Below, one piece after another: positions 31,770-41,648 of a stretch of 64,000 nt of DNA (positions are counted from its first letter, which is position 1; each line of letters opens with the position of its first letter). The position numbers and the translations under genes were made by a program. The stretch is from an uncultured Arenicella sp. GTDB lineage: Bacteria; Pseudomonadota; Gammaproteobacteria; Arenicellales; Arenicellaceae. Under the pieces are notes generated by a model. The model saw only the letters and a list, made by a program, of their open reading frames with translations, did not search any database and was not told the DNA's origin. The DNA lies in contig CALJJR010000028.1 of assembly GCA_937973905.1 (NCBI GenBank), forward strand, positions 11,675 through 75,674, read 5' to 3'.

Positions 31770-32063
31770 GAGAGAACCTCGTTATGTTGTTATCCAAATA
31801 AGATGCAATAAAACCACGCTTGGTTGCAACACCTGCGGTGCGAATGGCTATTTGTCATCTGTCTTTTGCATTCCCGCCTAAAATCAGTAGACTCATGGCA
31901 TGCAGATTTCTGCCTTAATATTAAACAGCACCGTTAATTCATCACACGGAGCCTAACAAGAATAGTCGGTGTAACACACCGAGCAACCATCCGCCATACC
32001 CTAGCTCGAAGCATTGTAACGGCAAAGCTTGGGACTTCAGTGGCTTACACCAAAGGTATTTCC

Positions 32064-33578
32064 ATGACAGATAAGACCGCCAACTCTGTAAACACGGCCT
32101 TTTTTGGCCACCCAAAAGGTTTGCAAACTCTCTTTATGACCGAAATGTGGGAACGCATGAGCTACTACGGCATGCGTGGTTTACTCGTACTTTTCATGAC
32201 CGCAGCCATTCAGGAAGGTGGCCTCGCACTCACAACGGCTACTGCAACAGCAATATACGGGCTGTATACAGCTTCCGTTTACTTTATGGGCTTACCCGGT
32301 GGCTGGATCGCAGATCGACTCATCGGTGGGCAAAGGGCAATTTGGTATGGCGGCATCATTATTATGTGCGGTCACATCGTATTGGCAATTCCAAGTGACA
32401 GTACATTCTTCATCGGTTTGATTTTGGTGGTGCTAGGCACTGGGTTGTTGAAGCCAAATATTGGCGCTGTAGTCGGTCAACTCTACAGCCGCGAAGATGA
32501 ACGGCGCGATGCTGGGTATGCAATCTACTACATGGGCATCAATATCGGCTCCCTAATTGGCTACACCGTGTGTGGTTGGCTAGCAGTCAATGCTGGCTGG
32601 CATTACGCCTTTGGTGCCGCCGCAGTCGGTATGGCATTGGGCTTAATTCAATTCGCAAGAACCAAAGACAATTTGCAAGGTGTTAGCGCGGCACCCGCCG
32701 TTACGATGAGCGAAAGTGCACAACGTAAGAGTTGGATGAGCATCATGATCTTTCTCGGTGCAGTCGTCATCGTTGCTGCCTTAACGATGCTAGGGAGTCT
32801 TTCAATTGACGCCGTGAGTCTCGCTAAAAACGTCGCTGTGGTATTCACTGCGACGTTCTTTATCTATTTCGGCCTGATTTATTTTCGTGGCAACCTGAGC
32901 CAAACTGAAAAGAAAGGCATGTGGGCATTAATGTTGGTATGCGTTGCCTCAGCTTGTTTCTGGTCTGGTTTTGAGCAAGCAGGTTCTTCACTAAATTTGT
33001 TTGCTAGGGATTACACCAACCGCATGATTGGCGGCTTTGAGATTCCCACCGCTTGGTTTCAAAATGCGAATCCATTCTTCATTATCATTCTGACGCCATT
33101 CTTCGCTGCAATGTGGATCAAATTGGGCCAACGAATGGTGACACCCGGCTACGGCATTAAGTGTGCCGTCGGCCTGATGATTATGGCGAGCGGTTTTATC
33201 GTGATGGTGTTCGCGGCGCAGATCGCCGCGGGCGGTGCTAAAGCTGCCGGTTTCTTCTTAATCTTGACTTACTTTTTGCATACGGTGGGCGAGCTTTGCC
33301 TAAGCCCAATTGCATTGAGCGCTGTGAGTAAACTTTCACCACAACGTTTTATCGGTCAAATGATGGGTGTGTTTGTACTGACCTATTCAATCGGCAATAT
33401 CATCGCTGGCCTGTTAGCGGGCAACTTCGACCCAAGCAATGTCGCTGAGATGCCAAATCTGTATCAATCAATCGCTACTTTCAGCATCGGTATTGGCGCC
33501 GTGGTACTCCTGATCAGCATGGTTAGTAAAGGTTGGGAGCAGGAAGTAGTAGAACAAGATCGCGGAGGTGAAGCATGA
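32064..33578 (+). CDS. POT/PTR-family proton-dependent di/tripeptide transporter
   Basis: GHPKGL, ExxERxxYY motif EMWERMSYYG, GGWIADRLIG, GTGLLKPN, YMGINIG, GELCLSP. Start refined to MTDK. Confidence 0.93.
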   Translation: MTDKTANSVNTAFFGHPKGLQTLFMTEMWERMSYYGMRGLLVLFMTAAIQEGGLALTTATATAIYGLYTASVYFMGLPGGWIADRLIGGQRAIWYGGIIIMCGHIVLAIPSDSTFFIGLILVVLGTGLLKPNIGAVVGQLYSREDERRDAGYAIYYMGINIGSLIGYTVCGWLAVNAGWHYAFGAAAVGMALGLIQFARTKDNLQGVSAAPAVTMSESAQRKSWMSIMIFLGAVVIVAALTMLGSLSIDAVSLAKNVAVVFTATFFIYFGLIYFRGNLSQTEKKGMWALMLVCVASACFWSGFEQAGSSLNLFARDYTNRMIGGFEIPTAWFQNANPFFIIILTPFFAAMWIKLGQRMVTPGYGIKCAVGLMIMASGFIVMVFAAQIAAGGAKAAGFFLILTYFLHTVGELCLSPIALSAVSKLSPQRFIGQMMGVFVLTYSIGNIIAGLLAGNFDPSNVAEMPNLYQSIATFSIGIGAVVLLISMVSKGWEQEVVEQDRGGEA

Positions 33579-35383
33579 AAACAACCTTAAAATTGCTTGC
33601 CGTTTCTGCGGCTGTATTGTGCGCAAACGCATTTGCCGGTGATGCTGACCATAAAGAGTCTGCTAAACAGTTTGTCGAGCGTATTCAAGCTGAGGGCCGA
33701 GAGCTCGCGAAAGAAGTTGAAGCCGCTTACTGGGTACGGCAAAACTTCATCACCAAAGACACGGCAGTTCTCGCCGCGAAAGCAGGTGAACGATCACTCG
33801 AGTTTGAGAGCAAAATGGTCGAGCAGGCCAAAAAGTATAACGGCACCGATATGGATACGGTTACCGCCCGCGCAATTGAACTCATGTTGAGAGGTTCCTC
33901 AGCGCCAGCGCCAGATGACCCAAAAAAACGCGCTGAACTGGCGGAGATATTGACCGATATGGAAGGCCAATATGGAGCTGGTGAGTATTGCACCGAGATT
34001 GACGGCGAAGAAGTTTGCCGCCAACTGCAAGAACTAGAGGCGGTGCTTGCAAGCTCTCGAGACTATGATGAGCTGGCTGATGTCTGGCAAGGCTGGCGCA
34101 CAATTTCACCGGCGTACCGGAAGCAATATCAACGTTTTGTTGAGCTTGGCAATGAAGGTTCCAAGACCTTTGGTTTCGACAATCTGGGTGATCTTTGGAA
34201 GGCCGGTTACGATATGGAAACCGAGGCATTCACAATTGAAGCTCGTCGTCTTTGGGATCAAGTAAAACCATTCTATGAAGAACTGCACTGTCATGTGCGG
34301 GCAAAATTGTCAGAAGAGTATGGTGCCGACAAGGTTCCGCTTGATGGCCCTATTCCAGCGCACCTGCTTGGCAATATGTGGTCACAAACTTGGGACAATA
34401 TCTACCCATTGATGGAGCCGTATGAGGGTGTTGCTTCCCTCGACGTAACCGCAGCTCTGAAAGAGCAAGGCTACGATGAATTAAAAATGACCAAGACGGC
34501 CGAACAATTTTTTACCTCGCTTGGGCTGCCTGATTTACCTGAGAGTTTTTACGAAAACTCCTTGATCAAAAAACCAGCTGATCGCAATGTTGTTTGTCAC
34601 GCCAGTGCCTGGGACCTAGACAATGGTAACGACCCTCGTATTAAACAATGTGTGGAGATCACCGAAGAACAGTTCGGCACGCTGCATCATGAGTTGGGCC
34701 ATATTTATTACTACTTGATGTATAAGGATCAACCATCGGTGTTCAAAGGTGGCGCACACGATGGTTTTCACGAAGCGATTGGTGACACTATCCAGCTTTC
34801 CATGACGCCTGGCTATCTTAAAGAGAAAGGCTTGATTGACGAAGTTGTTGAGAGCGAGCAAGCAACAATCAATAAGCAAATGAAGCAGGCCTTAGAGAAA
34901 ATTGCCTTTTTGCCGTTTGGAAAAATGATTGATGAATGGCGTTGGAAAGTATTCTCTGGCGAAATTGGTCCAGACGAGTACAACAAAGGCTGGTGGGATC
35001 TGCGCACCGAGTACCAAGGCATCACGCCTCCGTTCGAACGCACTGAAGAGCATTTTGACGCAGGTGCCAAGTACCATATTCCTGGTAACACACCTTACAC
35101 ACGCTATTTCTTGTCTTTCATCATGCAGTTCCAATTCCACAAAGCTCTGTGTGAAGCCGCTGGTCATGAAGGCCCTCTCAATGAGTGTTCTATTTATGGC
35201 AATAAAGTCGCCGGCAAGAAACTAGGTGATATGTTGGCGATGGGTCAAAGCAAGCCATGGCCAGATGCGATGGAAGCCTTAACCGGCCAACGTGAAATGG
35301 ACGCCAGCGCAATCATCGATTATTTTGCTCCGCTGAATAGTTGGCTTAAGGAACAGAACAAAGACCGACAATGTGGTTGGTAG
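33575..35383 (+). CDS. Peptidyl-dipeptidase A (M2, ACE-like metallopeptidase)
   Basis: Signal peptide, HLLGNMW, CHASAWD, HHELGH, GFHEAIGD, DAGAKYH, YTRYF. Confidence 0.95.
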   Translation: MKTTLKLLAVSAAVLCANAFAGDADHKESAKQFVERIQAEGRELAKEVEAAYWVRQNFITKDTAVLAAKAGERSLEFESKMVEQAKKYNGTDMDTVTARAIELMLRGSSAPAPDDPKKRAELAEILTDMEGQYGAGEYCTEIDGEEVCRQLQELEAVLASSRDYDELADVWQGWRTISPAYRKQYQRFVELGNEGSKTFGFDNLGDLWKAGYDMETEAFTIEARRLWDQVKPFYEELHCHVRAKLSEEYGADKVPLDGPIPAHLLGNMWSQTWDNIYPLMEPYEGVASLDVTAALKEQGYDELKMTKTAEQFFTSLGLPDLPESFYENSLIKKPADRNVVCHASAWDLDNGNDPRIKQCVEITEEQFGTLHHELGHIYYYLMYKDQPSVFKGGAHDGFHEAIGDTIQLSMTPGYLKEKGLIDEVVESEQATINKQMKQALEKIAFLPFGKMIDEWRWKVFSGEIGPDEYNKGWWDLRTEYQGITPPFERTEEHFDAGAKYHIPGNTPYTRYFLSFIMQFQFHKALCEAAGHEGPLNECSIYGNKVAGKKLGDMLAMGQSKPWPDAMEALTGQREMDASAIIDYFAPLNSWLKEQNKDRQCGW

Positions 35384-35435
35384 CAATAGCTGAATGATGT
35401 TTGAGTTGTAGACAACTCTCCAAGCAACGGCATTT

Positions 35436-35479
35436 AATGGCGCATCGGGCAAACATTTTTTAGCTCGATGCGCCGTTTT
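35436..35479 (+). terminator. Probable intrinsic terminator of the POT-ACE operon
   Basis: Stem AATGGCGCATCGGGC / GCTCGATGCGCCGTT followed by a short T run. Confidence 0.6.
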
Positions 35480-35545
35480 GCATTGTTGAGCAACATTCAA
35501 CCACCACGCGATCAGGATCTTCGGCACTAATTTATAGAATCTCAC

Positions 35546-36142
35546 ATGACCCTACTCTCAGCTGCCCTGTTGTTATTTTTGGTGATGGACCCACTGGGCA
35601 ACATCCCGCTCTATTTGACCGCGTTGAAGAATGTGCCGGCCGAACGGCGCTGGAAAGTAATCGCTCGCGAACTCTTAATAGCGCTGCTGATCATGGTGGC
35701 CTTTCTGTTTGGTGGTCAGTATTTCCTATCAGCTTTGCAAATTTCTGAGCCTGCGTTAACAGCCACTGGCGGCGTCGTTCTGTTCTTAATCGCGATCAAA
35801 ATGATCTTTCCACCAATCGGTGCCGAAGCCAATATTCAAAACCACGACGAGCCCTTTATTGTGCCGCTCGCTATCCCTTACGTAGCAGGGCCTTCATCTC
35901 TCGCTACCTTAATTTTAATCATGAATAGCGAGCCAACCCGTTGGCCGGAGTGGCTAGCGGCGCTTCTGGCAGCTTGGTTTGTGACCGGTGTGATTTTATT
36001 AGCTGCGTCGCCGCTCGCGAAACTCCTACGCAACCGCGGGCTTATCGCAATAGAAAGATTAATGGGTATGATCTTAGTTGCGCTTGCTATTCAGATGTTG
36101 ATGAACGGCATCGCACAATTTTTAGCTACTTTGCCGAGTTAA
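35546..36142 (+). CDS. MarC-family membrane protein
   Basis: DPLGNIP, GGVVLFLIA, VPLAIP--AGP, ERLMGMIL. Confidence 0.92.
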   Translation: MTLLSAALLLFLVMDPLGNIPLYLTALKNVPAERRWKVIARELLIALLIMVAFLFGGQYFLSALQISEPALTATGGVVLFLIAIKMIFPPIGAEANIQNHDEPFIVPLAIPYVAGPSSLATLILIMNSEPTRWPEWLAALLAAWFVTGVILLAASPLAKLLRNRGLIAIERLMGMILVALAIQMLMNGIAQFLATLPS

Positions 36143-36307
36143 GACAACCGACACATCAACATCCCCCACTCGGGGGATCGGCAATGGCTTTGGTTTGCAC
36201 TAAGTTGTAGGCTCAAAAATTAATTGAGATCAGCTGCAGTGTTTCATCCGACTATTCAAACTCCGAAACTTCAGCACACTTGGTGCATGCAGTCCGCGTG
36301 GGCGAGT

Positions 36308-36336
36308 TTGCGTAAATCATGACTGCCCCCTACACT
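36308..36336 (+). promoter_or_regulatory. Sigma70-type promoter of the membrane protein/histidine kinase unit
   Basis: TTGCGT-N17-TACACT, ending 7 nt before the ATG at 36344. Confidence 0.55.
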
Positions 36337-36343
36337 GCAGGAC

Positions 36344-36811
36344 ATGCTAGTCATGGGTAACCATATCAATTTGCGGGACTACTTTGCAGCCCAAGCATTG
36401 TGTGCACTTACTACCGCGCTCGTTGCGCTTGCACTCGATGCTTTGTTAAGAGAGTTTGGTATCGCGATTCACCCCTGGAAGGAAGCCGTTGCAGCAGGCT
36501 TAGGCGGGCTGATTTTCGCCTCTCTACTCGTGCCAGTACTTTGGCATCTCAGATTATTTACGCTCAGTCAATATTTGCTAGGTGCTTCAATCTTAATCCT
36601 TCCCACGACATTGGCAGTGATGATTGCCGTTTCATTTTTTGACAGCGCGCTGGTAGATACTTTTCTCAACCCAAATGGTGACCGCAAGGAATTCGCCCTA
36701 GCCATCTACATTCGCCTAGTGCGCTCCATTGTTTTAGTACCGGTCTACATTGGGACCTTCTTTTTGGTCTATCATCTTTGGTTCACTCATTCCTCCAGCC
36801 AACAAACCTGA
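36344..36811 (+). CDS. Hypothetical 4-TM membrane protein
   Basis: Four hydrophobic segments. Ends 39 bp before the kinase gene on the same strand. Confidence 0.65.
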   Translation: MLVMGNHINLRDYFAAQALCALTTALVALALDALLREFGIAIHPWKEAVAAGLGGLIFASLLVPVLWHLRLFTLSQYLLGASILILPTTLAVMIAVSFFDSALVDTFLNPNGDRKEFALAIYIRLVRSIVLVPVYIGTFFLVYHLWFTHSSSQQT

Positions 36812-36850
36812 GTTGTGCACACTAGTTTAGAAAAAGTGCACAAGGAATAA

Positions 36851-38572
36851 ATGGTACTAGCAAGACACAGCGCAAGATCGTCGTACGAGGGGAACCTACT
36901 GCTTCGTTCGCAGGCGCAGTCGCCGCAACAAATATTTGAGGAGTTGCTGGTCACGGCAATTAAAGATAGCTGGATAATCGCCATCATCAATCTTCATGTG
37001 GCGGTATTTTTTGGTTTGATACTTCTCGCTTCCGGGTACGATGAATTCGCCTCGCTGACCTATCTTGGCATTCAGCTAGGCGTAACTACCATCGTAGGCA
37101 TCATATTGATCTTTTTAGTGAGTCGACCTTCTGTAGTAATCCGTAATAATCAAACCAGCAGCTATCTAGGATTGATCACCAGTGATAGTTTGCTCGCTGC
37201 GGGCTGGGGCTTCTCAATTCTGATTTTTTTTATGACCGCCAGTGCCAACCAGGCCAATATGCTGGTCGCACTATTGTTGGCTGCGGGAGTAAGCACCGCT
37301 GCCATGTCCGCCAAATTACTATGGGTACTGGTAAGCGGCCGCGTTATCGTTTTTCTCCCCACGATTTTGTTTTTAGTACTGCAACAACCGCAAAATTGGT
37401 TATTGCACACCACGTCTTTGGTAGTCGCTTTCGCGGTTTGTTTGGCGGTTGGCTATGCTATCCATGTACAACTCTTGCGCGAGGCATCGCTTATCGTAGA
37501 GCTCAATCAAACGCAGAAAAAAATCGTTCGCGAAGCAGATTTCCGTGAGCATTATTTAAAAGCAATCACCCATGACCTTAGGCAACCCATATCAGCCACC
37601 AAACTATTTTTTCGTCGACTAAGACGTACCCAACCCGAATTAGACAATACCAGTGAAAGCCGCGCGATTGATGATTGCCTATATACTGTTGGCGCCATAA
37701 TTGACGATATTGCACAGCTAAGCTGGGTTGATTCAAAGCTCCCAGAAGTGATACTTCAACCCGTTGAAGTACAGAAATTGATCGACCGAGTCGTGCAGGT
37801 AAGTCAAAGTTTGGCAGATAAAAACCATGTGCAGCTTAATTTCACGCCCTCGACTTTATTTGTTAGTGGTGATGCTGTGCTGCTCGAGCGAGCCCTTGGT
37901 AACTTGGTTAAGAATGCCATCGATCATGCAAATGCGAGCAAGGTGAGTATTCATGCCACCAGTGACGAGCCAATGAACGAGGTGAGAATCACGGTCGAAG
38001 ACAATGGGAATGGAATTGCTCATGCGGAGCAAAATGCAATATTTGAAGAGTTTAACAGCGGAGATAAGCACGGTGCGACTTCCGGTCATATGGGCATTGG
38101 TCTTTCGATTGTGAGGAGCATTGCTAAGGCTCATCAAGGAGAGATATCTTTGAGGAGTGAAGTAGATCAAGGCTCGTCGTTTACTTTAACGTTGAACGCG
38201 CCGATATCAAACGAGAAGAGAAAGACGCAAATAAGTAGGCGCATCATCATCATCGATGATGATGAACACTTCGCTAACGAAATTTCAGCGCGCATTAGAC
38301 AAAGAGGCATACAACCAACCATTTTTACCAGTGATGCTCAAATTCAATCCTGCGTGAAGGCAACGCTTCCTGTGGCCGACGCCTATATCGTCGACTACCG
38401 CCTAGGCGATTCTTTTACCGGCGAAGACGTACTGAAAAGACTGCCTAAAAAGGCAAAAAAGTACTTAATCTCAGACAGCGATGATCCGAGCATGTATAGC
38501 TTAGCAGCGCATTATTCAGCAGAATTTATTTCAAAGCCTAGCCTTTTGAACAAGCTTCATCAGCTATTCTAG
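36851..38572 (+). CDS. Membrane-bound hybrid sensor histidine kinase (TM sensor, HisKA, HATPase, receiver)
   Basis: About 6 TM helices, H-box HDLRQP, N-box GNLVKNA, G1 DNGNGI, G2 GIGLSIV. Receiver motifs IIDDD, IVDYRL and KP. Confidence 0.9.
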   Translation: MVLARHSARSSYEGNLLLRSQAQSPQQIFEELLVTAIKDSWIIAIINLHVAVFFGLILLASGYDEFASLTYLGIQLGVTTIVGIILIFLVSRPSVVIRNNQTSSYLGLITSDSLLAAGWGFSILIFFMTASANQANMLVALLLAAGVSTAAMSAKLLWVLVSGRVIVFLPTILFLVLQQPQNWLLHTTSLVVAFAVCLAVGYAIHVQLLREASLIVELNQTQKKIVREADFREHYLKAITHDLRQPISATKLFFRRLRRTQPELDNTSESRAIDDCLYTVGAIIDDIAQLSWVDSKLPEVILQPVEVQKLIDRVVQVSQSLADKNHVQLNFTPSTLFVSGDAVLLERALGNLVKNAIDHANASKVSIHATSDEPMNEVRITVEDNGNGIAHAEQNAIFEEFNSGDKHGATSGHMGIGLSIVRSIAKAHQGEISLRSEVDQGSSFTLTLNAPISNEKRKTQISRRIIIIDDDEHFANEISARIRQRGIQPTIFTSDAQIQSCVKATLPVADAYIVDYRLGDSFTGEDVLKRLPKKAKKYLISDSDDPSMYSLAAHYSAEFISKPSLLNKLHQLF

Positions 38573-38647
38573 GTGCTGAGCACGCGCAGCATCATATAAG
38601 CGCAACTCTGTGCTCTTAATAGTGCGGATTAATTCAGGCGATCAACG

Positions 38648-40009
38648 ATGAAAACGATAAGCGAAGCCTCGCGCGAAACTCCAATCATTCATGAAACTGA
38701 TGTGCTGGTCGTTGGTAGTGGGCCAGGCGGTCTAGCGGCGGCGCTGGCGGCGGCAAGAGAGGGAGTTGCAACAACGTTATTGGAACGTTACGGCTGTTTC
38801 GGTGGCAACATTACACAGGTAGGCGTAGAGGGCTTTGCTTGGTATCGCCATGAGCATACCGTTGATAGCGAAGGCATTGGCATCGAGTTTGAAGAACGCG
38901 CCAAAAGCATGGGTGCTGCCACACCAGAGCCGCAATCGGATAGCCATGCCATCGATGGAGAAGCGTTTAAATACGTAGCTGATGTACTCGTTCAAGAAGC
39001 CGGCGTCACACCGATGCTGCATCGAGCTATGGTCGCACCCATTGTCGAGGGCACAACCATTAAAGGCGTGATTGTTGAGAGCAAATCTGGCCGAGAAGCA
39101 ATTCTAGCCAAACTCATCATAGACGCCACAGGTGATGCGGACATTGCCTATCGAGCTGGCGCAGAGGTTTACAAAACTCCAAAAGAAGAAATGATGGCAG
39201 CCTCGGTCATGTTTTCTATGAACGGCGTTAACAAGCAAAAATTTATCGAAGACGTGAAAGCTGATCCACATACGTATGCTGATTGGGCCGGTGGCGAGTG
39301 GACGATAGAAACCACGGGTAAGGAAGATGAAATGTTCTCACCGTTCTTGCGCAAACCGTTTGAGCGTGCTCGAGCCGAAGGGCTTATTCCTGAAAATTTG
39401 AATACTATAGCGGGCACCTGGGGTGCGATATCAGAGCAAGGCGATCTGACTTACTTAAACCTCGTGCACCTGGCCGAGATCGATGGCACCAACGCCGATG
39501 ATTTAACCCGCGGAGAAATGGAAGGCCGGCGCCAAGCAATGCTCGCAATCGATGCTATAAAAAAATACAACCCTGGATGCGAAATGGCCAAGCTCAGAAA
39601 CTTTGGCCTTACGCTCGGCATAAGAGACACACGCAAAATTAACGCGCACTACAATATGACGTCGCGCGATGTTCGAGAACAAGGCCGGTTCGAAGACAGC
39701 ATCGGTATCTTTCCAGAATTTATCGATGGCTACGGAATCTTAATCTTGCCAACAACCGGCAGGTACTTCCAACTGCCCTATCGCGCAATGTTACCCAAGG
39801 GGATTAAGAATTTACTCGTCACCGGCCGCAGCATTGGTGGTGACAAAGACTCACATGCCGCAGTGCGTAATATGATGTGCTGCGCGGTTAACGGCCAAGG
39901 TGCTGGCGTCGCCGCTGCAGTTTCCATCAAAGACGGCAGTGATTTTGAGACCGTGGATATTCGCAGTGTGCAACGGCGACTTATTGCGCAAGGTGCACGA
40001 ATTCACTGA
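38648..40009 (+). CDS. FAD-dependent oxidoreductase (FAD_oxidored family)
   Basis: DVLVVGSGPGG, IDATGDAD, RDTRKI, LPYRAMLP, NLLVTGR, GQGAG. Confidence 0.87.
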   Translation: MKTISEASRETPIIHETDVLVVGSGPGGLAAALAAAREGVATTLLERYGCFGGNITQVGVEGFAWYRHEHTVDSEGIGIEFEERAKSMGAATPEPQSDSHAIDGEAFKYVADVLVQEAGVTPMLHRAMVAPIVEGTTIKGVIVESKSGREAILAKLIIDATGDADIAYRAGAEVYKTPKEEMMAASVMFSMNGVNKQKFIEDVKADPHTYADWAGGEWTIETTGKEDEMFSPFLRKPFERARAEGLIPENLNTIAGTWGAISEQGDLTYLNLVHLAEIDGTNADDLTRGEMEGRRQAMLAIDAIKKYNPGCEMAKLRNFGLTLGIRDTRKINAHYNMTSRDVREQGRFEDSIGIFPEFIDGYGILILPTTGRYFQLPYRAMLPKGIKNLLVTGRSIGGDKDSHAAVRNMMCCAVNGQGAGVAAAVSIKDGSDFETVDIRSVQRRLIAQGARIH

Positions 40010-40059
40010 GTATCATTCATTTACGAGTATTTTTCATTCAAACAGAAAGAGGCAAAGCG

Positions 40060-40392
40060 ATGGCATCAAGCAAACAGATATTCTATGCAGTAATGGCGAT
40101 AGTTGGTTTATGTGCAACCTGGTATTTCAATTTGCAGGCAATGGAACTTGATCCCAATTTTTCCTTCGCAAGTTTTATCCGCGACAACTACGTTAACCCT
40201 TCTTCAGCATCAATCGCCAACGACATAGCCGTCATTTTGGTGGTGTTCTTCTTTTGGTCTTTTCACGAAGCGCGTCGCTTAGGCATAAAGCATTGGTGGA
40301 TTTATGTTCCACTCTCGATTGGGGTCGCTCTCGCCTTCGCCTACCCCCTATTCTTGTTGATGCGCGAACGCGCGCTGGCAAATCAAAGTTAA
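40060..40392 (+). CDS. DUF2834-family small membrane protein
   Basis: Three TM helices, NP-SASIAND, EARRLGIK, ALAFAYPLFLLMRER. Confidence 0.78.
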   Translation: MASSKQIFYAVMAIVGLCATWYFNLQAMELDPNFSFASFIRDNYVNPSSASIANDIAVILVVFFFWSFHEARRLGIKHWWIYVPLSIGVALAFAYPLFLLMRERALANQS

Positions 40393-40470
40393 AAAACTCA
40401 ATGCTCGTGACCTCACGGTTTGCCATAAAAAAGGGGATATCCGTCGTACTATAAGCTTCGACTCGAATTT

Positions 40471-41472
40471 CTAATAGGCACTCCTAAGGCGCCGAAAAGC
40501 TTTTTGCGGCAGTGTCCATCCGTTTTGCCAGCGAAAGCTCCATGAAGACATTCTTTTAAGTTGGCACTGCGCTGTGTTTAAACCACTATTGCGCAGATGT
40601 TCATGAGAGTCATATAGATCGATAACGTCATCCAGATATCTTTGGTAGCGCGCTGACTCCGAAAAATTCAGCCGCCAAACATTGAGCGCTTCGTCGCCTA
40701 ATTCTTCCCAGCGATCAGAATAGCCTGACAGTATTTCTGGTATTGAGTTGACATCTTTTTCAGAGACTTTGATCGAGCACGAAGACCAATCAATGCCAGA
40801 TGGAGCTACCCATTCGTCCGAGACAATCACTGGACAACGTCCCAAGCTCATGGTTTCGAAAAGACGGTATGTTGATGGCGAGCAGCCACGGGGACAAAGT
40901 ACGAATTTGCTTGATAGAATTTCTTCCACATACTTTTTCTTTTGATCAACTTCATGCGTATGGAATTTCTGGTCAACGTCGGATACGGCGCTATGGCTGT
41001 GGCCCGAAAGTGAAGCGATCATCTTTTTGCGAATAGAGTGGGAACCGGAAGTACCTCGGAACGAGTATAAGAACTTCGGCGATACTCTCTCCCCATCACT
41101 AACCGCAAATTCATTGTAAGTATAGGGGTAAGCGCAAGCACGATGATATCGACGGTCAAAATTTACGCGCCTCAACGATGTATAACAACCTGGTAGGAAC
41201 CCTTGCCCTACATCATCATAATTGACGGTATACAACTTAGATGCCGCCTCCATAAAGAGTGGAGATGCCACAAGCTGTTGGACGTAATCAGCTTGCTTAA
41301 ACGACCATTCTTCAAACACCAAAACGATATCTGCTTCGTTGTGATTATCTACAAACTTAACATCTGTTCTCACCTCATTATGCAGTCTCAGTAGTCTCGC
41401 GGATTCTTCATACACGGTGACTAAACCATCAATAGAATGGTCAGGAACATACACAAGCTTCAACTTAGACAA
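40471..41472 (-). CDS. Exostosin (GT47)-family glycosyltransferase-like protein
   Basis: FLYSFRG, Y-EEILSSKFVLCPRG-SPSTYRLFETMSLGRCPVIVSD-W--P--IDW. TTG start. Confidence 0.8.
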   Translation of the reverse strand: MSKLKLVYVPDHSIDGLVTVYEESARLLRLHNEVRTDVKFVDNHNEADIVLVFEEWSFKQADYVQQLVASPLFMEAASKLYTVNYDDVGQGFLPGCYTSLRRVNFDRRYHRACAYPYTYNEFAVSDGERVSPKFLYSFRGTSGSHSIRKKMIASLSGHSHSAVSDVDQKFHTHEVDQKKKYVEEILSSKFVLCPRGCSPSTYRLFETMSLGRCPVIVSDEWVAPSGIDWSSCSIKVSEKDVNSIPEILSGYSDRWEELGDEALNVWRLNFSESARYQRYLDDVIDLYDSHEHLRNSGLNTAQCQLKRMSSWSFRWQNGWTLPQKAFRRLRSAY

Positions 41473-41648
41473 TGACGTTTACCCTCGTGCGAGTATGCGA
41501 CAACAGTTTTTGCCTTGAACTGTGCCGCATTAAAAATTGATCGCTTGATTACGTTCATCCGTTGTGTCTGGAAATCCCCTCAGTGTACTGATTTATAACA
41601 CCGCAGGATAGGCTAACTGTTAGGAACGGCAACACCGAAGATCACCAT

